A stretch of 63,798 nt of DNA, the filler included, from Intoshia linei (Eukaryota > Animalia > Orthonectida): assembly GCA_001642005.1 (NCBI GenBank). It is 7 parts of 7 records of this genome, joined end to end, with 100 filler letters (N's around TTAATTAATTAA, not from the genome) between each part and the next. Parts side by side here need not be neighbours in the genome. Positions count along the whole stretch, not along the records: positions 22,231 to 30,958 come from LWCA01001424.1; positions 31,059 to 42,940 come from LWCA01001143.1; 5 more parts are not named here. One strand, given 5' to 3'. Positions 25,501 through 37,157 of this stretch are shown in pieces (the stretch's first letter is position 1; each line of letters opens with the position of its first letter). Both the position numbers and the translations under genes were made by a program. Under the pieces are notes generated by a model, which ran no database searches, was not told the DNA's origin, and saw only the letters and a program-made list of their open reading frames with translations.

Positions 25501-28500
25501 CATTAAAATGCTATTTTCAGATATGTCGATTGTGACCGTAAAAATTAGAATGACTAATTTATTATTAATTGAAATTTTTAGGAAACATTCACTCTTCGAA
25601 ACGCAAAAATATATGGAAAATAGGAAAAGTGTTTTTTGTTACACCTCAAATTTTAATAGCAGATTTGCAAAAAAATATAATTGAAGCCGATAAAATTCGT
25701 TGTATAGTTGTGGATGAGGCACACCGAGCAACAGGAAATTATGCATATGTGAATGTAGTCAAGTTTTTAAACGAAAAAAACGTTCTATACAGAATAATAG
25801 GTCTAAGTGCTTCACCAGGTTCCGATGTACCTGCAGTTCAAAAATTGATTAATACTTTGTGTATCTGTAAGCTAGAATATCGTCTTGAAAATTCGATGGA
25901 TATAGTGAAATATAAAAAAAAAAAATTAATTGAAAGGATTGTGATTAAATTGGATGAAAATTTGGAAAACATAAAAAAATTGTTTACCAACGTACTCTTA
26001 TTTTTCTTTACTACACTCGACAAGAATACTGGTTTAAATTTAACGCGAGAAATTACTTCAATATCATTTTTTCGATTGTTTAAATTGCATGAATCTTATA
26101 ATAAAAATTTATCTGAAACTGGTAAAACTAGAAACAAAAATAATGAAAATTTCTTTACAATGTGTAAATCTCTCATTTACGCAATTGGTACTTTAGAGTC
26201 ATATGGAGGAAGAGTATGTTTATCTTTTTTTCAAGATATGGGTAATTATCAAAAAATGTTGCTATTCAATCAAGAAAGTTTTAAAGAAGCGTTCAATGAA
26301 CTGGATAAAAAGTTTAAAAGAATTTCTCCTATTTTAAAAGAACCTGATTTCGAACTAGCAGGTCACCCTAAATTGGAAAAATGTATTGATATTATTTTGG
26401 TGCATTTAAATGCTTACCCTGAATCAAGAATTATGATTTTTTCAAATTATAAACATTCTGTTTATGAGATTAATCAATGTTTGAATTTACATGAACCCAA
26501 TATTCGATCTATGATTTTGATTGGTCAAACCAATAAAAAAGGGAAATTTAGACAAAAAGATCAATTGGAAGCTATTAAGAATTTTAAAAATGGTGTGTAC
26601 AATGTTTTAGTTTCCACTTGTGTAGGTGAAGAAGGTTTGGATATAGGAGATATTGATTTAATCATTCTGTTTGATTGTAGTAAATCTGCAATAAAATTGA
26701 TTCAACGTGAAGGAAGAACCGGTCGTAAAAGTGATGGCCACGTTAAAATCCTTTTAACTCCTGGTCGTGAAGAAAGCGCGTACAATCAAAGTTTAGAAAA
26801 GAAGAAAAATTTTAGCAATATATATGCAAACAAAAATATAATTTTTCCTATTACCCAAGGTCCAAATTTGCGACCCTATAACAGTGTATCTTTTAAAAAA
26901 AACATTCCACTTAAAGCCGAGATTAAAACGTTTAAGGTGATATCAATTGATCCAATTTCACACAAAAACGTCAAACCTTTATATCTCAAAAATTTCAATT
27001 TTGTAAATTCTTTCAATTTACTTGATAAAGTTTCTAAAGTGCTTCACACTAATAGGTGCAAGAGTCTAGTTGGATTTAAAAGGAGTGAAATTGAATTGAA
27101 TGATACTATAATTAATAAAAACGACTCTCATTTTGATTTGGAGGATTATTTTAACGATGCTATAGATTTAACACAACCTACAATCCCTGTTGAATCGCAT
27201 GATTCTGATTTGAGTCTTGAAATTTTAAATTTTACTAGAAAAAGAAAAAGTATGGATAGTATTGTTCAATTATCGAAAATACCAAAAAATGATGAACAAA
27301 TTTGTCTCAAAGTTGATAAATTGGATGAAACAAACCTTGACATTATAAACCCTAAAATAAATACTATGAAAAATGAGACATATCAAAATGGTACTGATTT
27401 GGTTAATTATAACGACGGTATTATTGAATCTTGTACAAACCTTTGTTCCGTCATGAATAAAGTTGAAGAATTTAATTTAGACATTGAAATGTCTAGTAAA
27501 AACACAGACGCAATAGTATTTCCTAGCAATCAAAATGTAAGGATAAGTGATTCTAGTAAATTGATTTTAATTGATGAAAGTGAATCAAACTCCGTGAATG
27601 AAAATGAAATTACTCAAAGAGTTTATTCTTTAAATATTTCTGAAACTCTTAAAAATCAAATGGATGCACATTACTCTGGTTCTGATCAATCTGGTGTTTT
27701 ATTTAGTGACTCTGAAAGTACTGAAAACAAATCTTCAAATTTTGGAAAAAAATATGTTTTGAATGATTCTATAAATATTTCAAACTGTTGTAACGATATC
27801 TCTTTTAATTATAATAGTAGCGCACCGTCACCTTCCAATTTATCATTAAATGAAAGTATGAAAAACTTTAAATCTTTAATTTGTGATATTTCTTTTTTAC
27901 ACGACAAGGATGAACGAAACGAAATTGAAAAAACACCCTTAAGTGAAAATTTATCAGATGATAAATTTGACAATTTATCAAAGCTCTTTTCTTGTAATTC
28001 AAAATCTAAAAAAATCGATTTAATATCAAATTTCACGGAAAATAATTCCGTACCTGTAAAATCAAAGGATATAAAAGTTGATTCAGATACGGATAGTATG
28101 TCTTTCATTTCTAATATATCCAATTTAACTCAAATTCATACTCAAGGAAAAAGTGACGATGAAAAATGTTATTCTTTTATTGATCAATTTAATTGTAATA
28201 ATTTTCAAGAAATGGTCACTTCTACTCCAATAAAATTAAGCTATCAACCTAAACCTAACCAAGATAATGATCAAGGTCTATCGAATTTTGATAATGAATC
28301 TACTATATCAATTTGCTTTTCAGATGTATCTAAATCTAATTTTTCCGTTTCTTTATCCGAATCTAATCAAGATGTTAACGGTAACTTTTGTGTTTAATTT
28401 CATAATGTTAGTTTACATTTAAATATTTATGTGTTGTTATCAAAAATGGTAACGCAATAATTATATATAGCACAGGTTGACTGGTATGTACTACGTACAA

Positions 28501-29193
28501 ACAGCACCTAGCTCTGCCGAGGGCACATTTTTATTCTACCAAAAAAATAAATTCACGTTGAAAATCTAGCTTAAAAATCCTTACTATTTACTAGTATCAA
28601 TTATTTAAAGGAGTGGTTCCCAAACTTGTTTCAGTGGAACCATTATATCACAATACTTTTTACTTTAAAGTCAATTATTCCATCTTAATTTTTTGTTTGT
28701 TAACGATTGCGAAAAGGATTTTTAAAATAATTGTTATCCCATTTTTTTAATTTATTAGACAGAATGTGTGTTTAATATTAAAAATAAAGTAAAAACAGTC
28801 CAATCCTAAAAATTGTCATAAATAGCATAAATTTAGATTCAACTGAATCTGTAGAATTTGAATTAGATAATGACTCGGATTGCGACGAAAATTTCGAAAA
28901 GGAAATGCTTAAAAAAATTCACTGTTCCACTAAAACTTTAACTGATGAAGAAGAAATGGAAATAATTGATAATATTAACCTTCATAATGAAAATTTTACC
29001 AATGTATATCAAAAATGTGAACCTAATAATGATACCGTTGGCATAGATTCTTTTAATTTTGATATTTCTCAAGATTGTCAAACTTTACAAGAGATACAAA
29101 GTAAACCTACATCAGACTTTTTAAATCAAGTTGGGTTTAATTCTGATAAAGAATCTACACTATCTTTTGAATCATCCCTGGAATCAGTTTCAG
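22551..29193 (+). CDS. FANCM: FANCM/Mph1 DEAH helicase; 3' end unresolved
   Basis: Exons 22551-22620, 23019-23288, 25583-28380, 28837-29193 in phase. GFDEDAGETWLY..RTYQ, LPTGLGKT, MAPNKPLV, VVDEAHRATGNYAY, LSASPG, HPKL, STCVGEEGLDIG, QREGRTGR. Confidence 0.93.
23310..25244 (-). mobile_element. Helitron-like copy 2 with internal subrepeats and nested insertions, FANCM intron 2
   Basis: Same terminal motif at 23313; degenerate ~130-nt internal units at 24490-25140; far end acaaacaga..ataagga. Confidence 0.6.
28477..28836 (-). mobile_element. Helitron-like copy 3 (truncated), FANCM intron 3
   Basis: Near-identical to 47681-48030. Confidence 0.7.
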
Positions 29194-29427
29194 GTAATTT
29201 TTATATATATCGGTTTAAAAGTGAGGGGTATTTATGTATATCTACTGACAAATTTTACTTTATTTTGATGCGTGTTTTGAGGGCTATGTTTTAACCAAAA
29301 TGTAATGTTTTATGCGTTCAAATAAAAAATTTACCATCATGTCATTTTTTGAAGTCGGTCTGGTATTTTTTAAGAGTGAAAGTGAATAAATGTATAATTA
29401 TTTATTTATATACATTTTTTATGTTAA

Positions 29428-30958
29428 CCCTTTGAGGAATTTTGGATAAATTTTTAAAAATATAAAATATTCATTTGAACATTTGTAATAAGAATGATAA
29501 ATTAAATAATAAATTACACAATGCATGTAAATGCAATCATTGGAATAATGTCACATTTAATCAGTGCAATAATTTTTAATTCAATCAATAAATTTTTCTA
29601 TTATGTAAAAATTACAAGGCGAAATTATCATAATATTCTTTCGAGTGATATATAATTTTGATCCATTATCGTTTAATTACAAATTTTTTGGATGAATTAT
29701 TTAAAATCTATATTAAAATTCGACCCGCTGTCAGAAAGCGATGAGGAAATAATTGATATTATAGGTAATAAAATTAATCTGATATACATACAACAGATAT
29801 AGAACCTGAAACTGAAATAATTGAACTATTGGAAGATAGATGGTCTCGAAAGATAAAACCGATAAATGTACCTAAGTTTATGGGTAACAAAAGAATGAAA
29901 ACATTGGAACCTTTACATTCTGTGAATGATTATTTTTATCTCTTTTTTACGGAAGAATTAGTCAATTTTTTTATTCATCAACTAAATGCAAGAATAAAAA
30001 AAATCAGAAAAGATAATTTTGTAAATAAAACCAAATATGAATATGTGACAATGACAATAAAATTACCTCAATTTAAACTATTTTGGACATCACCCATTTT
30101 GAAACAAATTAAAGTCATTGATACCATGTCATGTAAAATTTACTTTAATAAATTCAAATATATTTTGTTTACCCATGAAAAAATCAGATAAAAAAGAATT
30201 ATACCTGAAGCAACATCAAAACTAATAACCTATATCAATGAATTATGCCATTAAGTATATTCTCCCAGTGAAAATTTAAGTATCGATGAGGGTATCATCA
30301 AATTTAAAGGCCGTTTTTACTTTAAAACGTATAACCCAATGAAGCCAATAAAAGTTGGATTGAAAATGTACATATGCGCAGATTCATCAAATGGGTTTGT
30401 AAATTCTATTATGTTATACACTGGAGATAGCAATACAACCATCAATATAATCGAAAATCTAACCAAAAATTATGAACATCAAAACCATAAATTATATATG
30501 GATAACTATTTTAATACTTTCTTTAATTGCATTGAAATGAAGAAAAAGGGAATATATTGCTGTGGTACAATAAGAAAAAATAGAGGCTCTCCTAAGTGTG
30601 TGAATACTAATAAACTTAAGAAACACGATATTGAATATTACCAAAAAAATAGCATAAATTTACTAAAATGGCATGATAGAAAAGTGCTTTGCATTATATC
30701 TTCCATCCACTGTATATGGTATATGTATATGTGGCTTTATATCCACATTCTACAACATCAAAAATGTTCATAAAACTTCAAAAATAACGAAACCAGATAT
30801 GATTACTTAATATGATAAAAATATGAGTGGGGTTGATAGATTCGATCAAATGTAAAGTCATATTTTTCTGAACATTGAAATAAAAAATGGACAGTTAAAT
30901 TTTATATTTATATTATACACATGTTAATTCATAATTCATATGTATTATATAAAGAATA
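29428..30958 (+). mobile_element. Degenerate piggyBac transposon
   Basis: TTAA|CCCTTT 5' end; broken ORF with SIDEG..FKGR..YNPMKPIKVGLK, LYMDNYF, CGTIRKNR, WHDRK, YDKNMSGVDRFDQM; stops and frameshifts. Confidence 0.9.
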
Positions 30959-31058
30959 NNNNNNNNNNNNNNNNNNNNNNNNNNNNNNNNNNNNNNNNNN
31001 NNTTAATTAATTAANNNNNNNNNNNNNNNNNNNNNNNNNNNNNNNNNNNNNNNNNNNN

Positions 31059-31719
31059 TTTTTTTTGTGGCCTTCCATATTGACGCAGCACAATAATGTA
31101 AGTCGTTCTTTGACTACTTCAAACCCCTTACAGCTGTCATTTTTAAATAAATATATGATTAGGCATTTCCCAAAAATATAATCCAGTTTCATCAGCATTG
31201 TAAATGTTCTTCGGACTATATTCATTTACAATTCTGAGCCACTCGGTTTTTTCCAATCGTCAGCTGCTACAAAATCCGCACTTTTTTTTATACATGAATT
31301 TTTTTGTAAACAATATTCTCTCTTTTTTTTCACCTATTGAACCATCTATCTGTAGCTTTCATATTTCTCTTGAATTGTTAAATTTGATCTTTTCTTGTGT
31401 TCTAACATTTTCATATAAATTTAACTTTATCTCAATATTAAAAATAATACAGTGATATCTCGATATGGTAATTTACAAAAACGCCACATATTTATAATTA
31501 CGTACTTATGAAATACTTATCAACAAAATATAACACTTCAGACTTGATACTGTTAATGTTTATTTGTCAATTATAATTATAATAAATGTTTATTTTAACA
31601 TTTAAATTAAAATGTAAAATTTAAAATCAACAAATTGATCACATTTAACTAAATTTTTGGTCACTATAAGAGGATTAAAATTCCATGCATTTTGATCAAA
31701 ATGTATGGGATTCTACTGT
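31059..31719 (-). mobile_element. pogo/Tigger transposon 5' fragment
   Basis: Minus-strand end TA|CAGTAGAATCCC; peptides YSPKNIYNADETGLYF and KERLTLLCCVNMEG (DDE_1 family). Confidence 0.85.
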
Positions 31720-31797
31720 ATTATATTAACTTATAATACAGTTATTTCTTTATAATATTTAATAATTATTAAATCAGCAAATACATGGTATTTTCAG

Positions 31798-34700
31798 ATG
31801 GTAAAATTCAAACTCGATTTGATTTTAGCGTTGTTAAAATGAATACAACTAAAGTATCGTATATGGAATTGCCTTATTATATCAAAGATGATGTATTTTC
31901 ATAAAATTATTTTAATAATATATTGTTCTAGTTTGAAAACTTTGTAAAACAAAATCATTCAGATGTATATGTGTCTACTGGTGACATTGAATATATAGAG
32001 TAATTTTTTTTATTTTAAAATGTTTAACAATAGTTACAAAATCGTTTTAGAAGTCCAGCCAAATTTTATTTTGTTTTATATACCACTGAAAATATTGTAA
32101 ACACAATTGTAGATCAAATTTATGTGAAAATTATCAGTCATGCAATTGAAAATTATTATGTTAATTTAGGTATAGAATAATATCAATAATAAAATAATAA
32201 TATTGAGTCCTACTAGAGTACGCGACGGGCACAGATAAGTCATGCTCAGGGTCCAACCCGACCGGAGGATCATTTTAATTTTACCGTTAAAAATAATATA
32301 AATAAATATATTGTATAATATACAATGTATATCAGGAGGCCCCAAATTGATTTGGTCTACCGCCCTCTTTTTAGCAATATATTTTTTCAACGCCTCTTGA
32401 AAAAATTTAGTCAATAATTATAATTGTTTATATTACAATTTTACAATAATTATTCATTAACTAAATCTTTTTTTGATTCAACTGATTATGAGATATTTCC
32501 GAAGTAGATATCCGAAGTTAATATTAATGAAAATTATATATTCATTACTGTATCACTGTTTATTTCAGTGGATTATAAAAACTGGTAATAAAAATCTACC
32601 CTTACAACCAAAAAATTCATCAACTCCCCACTTTTTATTATTATATACTATTACTATATAATATTTTTTAAAATCGCCACAATCGCCCCTGGGGCGATAT
32701 GGCTCACTTTCGAAACCTCTGATGTATATCATTAATATATTAGATTAAAATTTAGAAAGACTTTCACTAGACAGTATAAAAAATGACACCAGTATACAAT
32801 CAAAACCATCTATGAAAAACGAGAAAACTGATATAGTTAAATTGAATCAAAATGAATCAAATAAGAAAAACCCTATTATAAAGGCAAAAAAAGTAAATAA
32901 AGCAAATGACGTCGAACTAAAACGAAATGAAAATTTGAAAAAAACAATTTCTAATAAAAAAATTACGATTATCGATCCACTTAAAACGAAAACAAAAACA
33001 TATACGTTGATTACAGAACCGCCAAAGAAAATTGTGATAGAAAAAAAAATTAACCACATTAATAAAATTAAAAATGAATATAAATTTTCATCTCCATTTA
33101 AAACCAGTACTAAAACAGTCTCTCTTAAATTCCAACAAACATTGCCAAATAACTTTAACAATAATACGGTAGAATTAAAAAATCGAACAAATGTACAAAA
33201 TGTCAGTACTAATAATACAGAAAAATTCAATTTAACACATCAAAATGATTTTATTTCACAGGAACCATCTATTGGTGTAATGGTTAATCAATTTGGTTAC
33301 TACAAGATTAGTAAAATTCATTATTATTTTATATTTTATTAATCTAGTAACAATTGTTTTAATATTTATGGTCACTTTATTGATGTTATTTTCAGGATTG
33401 TTCATTGCTTATGCTATTCGATCGAGAAAGTATGCTTATTAAGAATTATTGACATTTTAATATACATATGTATATGCTAAATGGTGGTTAAAAAACTTAA
33501 CATTACTGGAATCGATCTGTAATTTACACATTATACATTTTAATAAATTAACATTTTAATCACGTAATACAATTAAAATCGAATATTCCATGTTTTCGGT
33601 TAGAAAAGAATAGTGTGTCATATTTAAGGAAATTTTTTATTTAATTTTTGAATCGAAAACATTAATTTTTTCTACTATGCTATTACTACTAAGATAGTAG
33701 TACCGTATTTTTCGGAGTATAAGGCACGAGAAATTTTAAAAAATTAAGAATCAAATGGTACAATATATAGTTAGAAAAAAATTTACCCTTGCAAAATCCT
33801 TATATAAGGCGCACTCCTAATTTTTAATGTAAAAGGGGGCGCCTTATACTCCGAAAAATACGGTACTAACATTCATATATTTTTTTTGTTTTTCTGAGAG
33901 AATCTACAAAAAACGTCTTCAAATTTTACCACTACATTACAGATTTGACAAAATAGAAGGTTAGTATAAGTACGAATAAATTACAATAGATACATTCGTA
34001 CAAGTTTATTTATTGAACAAGTTTTCGCAGAGCCAAATCCACCATACCCGCGACCCTGTTCGGGGAAAGTATATTGTCGAATTTTTTTCTATAATAATAG
34101 CTTCATTTTTCCAAATTGAGCATTTAAAAAAAATAAATTTTGAATATCATAACTACATTAAGTGTCACATTTAAAATGTAAGACCCGTGGAGAGGTTTAA
34201 AGTCTTCAAATTAAAACCATATTAAAAACGTAGTAAATTAATATACATAAGTTGTTTTTATAAAGTAACGCCTCATTGTATGAATATCGATTGTTGAATC
34301 TGCATTACCTTGTATATTACCTTGTATATTACACTAAAAATTATATTAAATTTAAAATCATTAATTTTGAAAAATCGATTTTTGAATAAGGTCCGCAACT
34401 GATTCGAATTTGTTCTAAACTCACTTTGTCGTATTAATGAAATAAATGTATTCTATTGATAAAAACTTTCCTTAGTTATACCTAAACTAAACCAATCTCA
34501 TAATACTGTAAATTTCATGGATTGTGGTCAATTAAAATAGTATACACCTTTTTTAAATCACAATATTTTTACCAATGCATTTATATACAAATTAATTTAA
34601 TTTATGAAAAAATATTCCCATTTTTTTGTCAAATGAGGGTCATTTTAAATATATTATTTAATATTATAATTATATCTTAATACATGTATGTAATATTATA

Positions 34701-35728
34701 ATTANGGGTCATTTTAAATATATTATTTAATATTATAATTATATCTTAATACATGTATGTAATATTATAATTATAATATTCTTTTATAGCTTACAAATAA
34801 ACCCTGCAACATTGAAAACTGATACTGTTAACGACGACGGTACAATTAATAACTATTAAATACATATAATGTAAATCATGTCCAGGGCTGGCTGAAATGC
34901 TGGTACCAGTGGAATTTTGCTGGAACTGGTGACAGCTCTACCATTAATATAAAAATTTTTAATAAACGACAACATTTTTTGAACGATATATTGATTTCAC
35001 ATAATAATTATAAATAAATTTTCTCATTTCCTTTACATTACTTAAAGACTCGTGTAAATTAATCAACTCGTCTTGCGTAAAGTAAAGAATGGAAAATCTT
35101 AACTCGTAAAGTAAATAACTATTACTATTTTGTCTCACATATCTACTCCGTATTTAATCGCAATATTATGTTAAAGTTGTAGATAGAGTACATATTTTCG
35201 AATAAATTATCAAATCATTATAATACATGGCCAACGATGAATTTATAAAACTACCTTACGCAAATATTTAATTTACAATATTTAACTCACTACGGGTAAA
35301 CCAGTAATTTAAAAAATCTCAACATTTCGATTTTATATTTTATGTACAGTCAAACCTATTATTTTCCTGATTAATTTTTATTTATAAACCTTATTTACAA
35401 ATAATAATTAAGTTCTAAATGTTGATAAAGTTACTAATTTTTCAATTAATAATAGTATTTAATAAATACTATTTATAATATATGCGACCAGCTGTCCACG
35501 ACCAGCACATTATTACTGGTACCAGCTGTACTGAATATAGCTGGTGCTACCCCTGACCATGTATTACCTGTAGTTATTCTTATTATTATTGTATTATACA
35601 AATTGTATATATTTTTACATTGCATATAATAAATGTATATTGTTTGTACATTTTCTATATTTATTATTATATATTCTTGGATAAAAATATATATTCTAAA
35701 TTTAGATAAAGAAATTGAAAAAGTTTAA
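31798..35728 (+). CDS. 3' exons of a probable single-pass membrane protein of unknown family
   Basis: Exons ~31798-31853, 31932-31999, 32756-33274 (K/N/T-rich stalk), 33348-33429 (VTIVLIFMVTLLMLFSGLFIAYAI then RSRK), 33901-33959; later exons at ~34790 and ~35706 tentative; some junction phases unresolved. Confidence 0.55.
33703..33863. mobile_element. Tc1/mariner-superfamily (Tc2-like) MITE
   Basis: TIRs CCGTATTTTTCGGAGTATAAGGC / GCCTTATACTCCGAAAAATACGG; TA TSD. Confidence 0.9.
34883..35555. mobile_element. Old hAT-like MITE
   Basis: CAGGG..CCCTG ends, subterminal ctggtaccag palindromes at both ends, TSD atcatgtc/accatgta (6 of 8). Confidence 0.6.
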
Positions 35729-36098
35729 TTTACTTTATGTTAATAATATGTTATCAAATAAAATAAAAACTATTTCTTTTATTAACAAGTAATGTAAGTC
35801 AAATTTTTTCAGCATTTGTTAATTGAAATAAAAAATGCATCATGGATATTTAACTTTTTAGAATTAATTTTTAATATATATTCCGTACTAACAGGGCCTA
35901 GCTCAATCGATTATGGATTTTACTAAAAAATTAAATTTAACAAACATTTCACAATTACCAACCAGGTTACTGGACTGTCAGGAAAAAATATTCGACATTA
36001 ATGAAATATCTATTTTGAATACTTTCTTAATTGTGAAATTAGTTAAAATTTTTATATATATTATTATAATGTGTAAAAATTAATGGTATATCTTATAT

Positions 36099-36483
36099 CA
36101 GAATAGTCCAAACACCTGACGAATGAGGACTAAAAAACAATTTTTACAAATTTCGCGGGCAGCCTTATTAAAAAATTTCACAGATTAATCAGAAAATGAC
36201 TAAGAGTATCATGATATGAATATTACGCCAATTAAAAATATAATTAGTATTTTATAAAGTTATCATAATAGATAAAGTCCAAACATGATTATTGTAAAGT
36301 ATAAAAAGTACAAATTGAGAATAATTAGTACATAAAGACAGAATTATTTCTAAAAAATTTAAATTCATGCTAGGTAATGTGGTAATTATGATATTTCTGT
36401 AAATCAATGTTTTTCATATATATTACTAAACAATTTCGTGGGCCGTACAATTTTATCTGAAGGTTTTGCTTTGGACCATCCTG
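36099..36483. mobile_element. hAT-type MITE
   Basis: TIRs CAGAATAGTCCAAA / TTTGGACCATCCTG; perfect TSD tcttatat. Confidence 0.85.
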
Positions 36484-36642
36484 TCTTATATTATTACTTT
36501 TTATGAAAAAAAAATAATTAAATTTTAAATAAATTTAAAAAAAGTTTTATCATCATTTTTACGATAGAAAAAAGTGTCATAAAATCACGTTTAATTTCAA
36601 TTATAACATTATATTACATACGTATTAATTATTATTTTATAG

Positions 36643-37157
36643 ATATATCATTCTGTAATATACTATTATAAATTATCTTAGTATAATATTCGGAATAATG
36701 CCAATTTGAAAAATATAATATTGCAAATTTAATTTTCGAGGATAAAACCGTCTATGAAATGTCTCAAACAATAAACAAAAGTAGGCATGCTATAAGCTAT
36801 AACTCAACACAAAAATGTAAAATTGACTGCCTATTAACTCTAGATCAGGAATGTCAGACTTAATTTGCTTGGCATTCCAAATACAAAAAAATGAGTGTTG
36901 GATAATTATCAAGATATTAACTGCGATATTGAACTATTAGATAAGTATAAACTTACTAAAGTGATTGGAAAAGGAGGATGCGGGTAAATAATTTTCAAAT
37001 TCATATAAATTGATACTTTTCTACAATCTAATGTTGACAAATCAATAAACATTTAAATTTAGACAAGTCTACATTATGTCTATTACCATCCGATAGAAGT
37101 GACACAAAGGATATCCTTACGATGGAATTTTTTCAAGACTGTTTTTAATCATGAAAG
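36643..37157 (+). pseudogene. Protein-kinase gene relic (N-lobe fragment)
   Basis: DKYKLTKVIGKGGCG|QVYIM joined across a GT-AG intron (~36984-37062); flanking frames contain stops; no HRD or DFG motif seen. Confidence 0.55.

Noticed and set aside
32736-32764. ~28-nt match to 40025-40052
   Set aside because: AT-rich and short; no further similarity.
34637-34772. Perfect ~68-bp tandem duplication
   Set aside because: The two copies are separated by a single n; most likely an unmerged contig overlap.
3120-37157. DNA-damage gene cluster (MCPH1, FANCM, kinase relic)
   Set aside because: Interleaved with unrelated genes and separated by gaps; the kinase identity is unproven.
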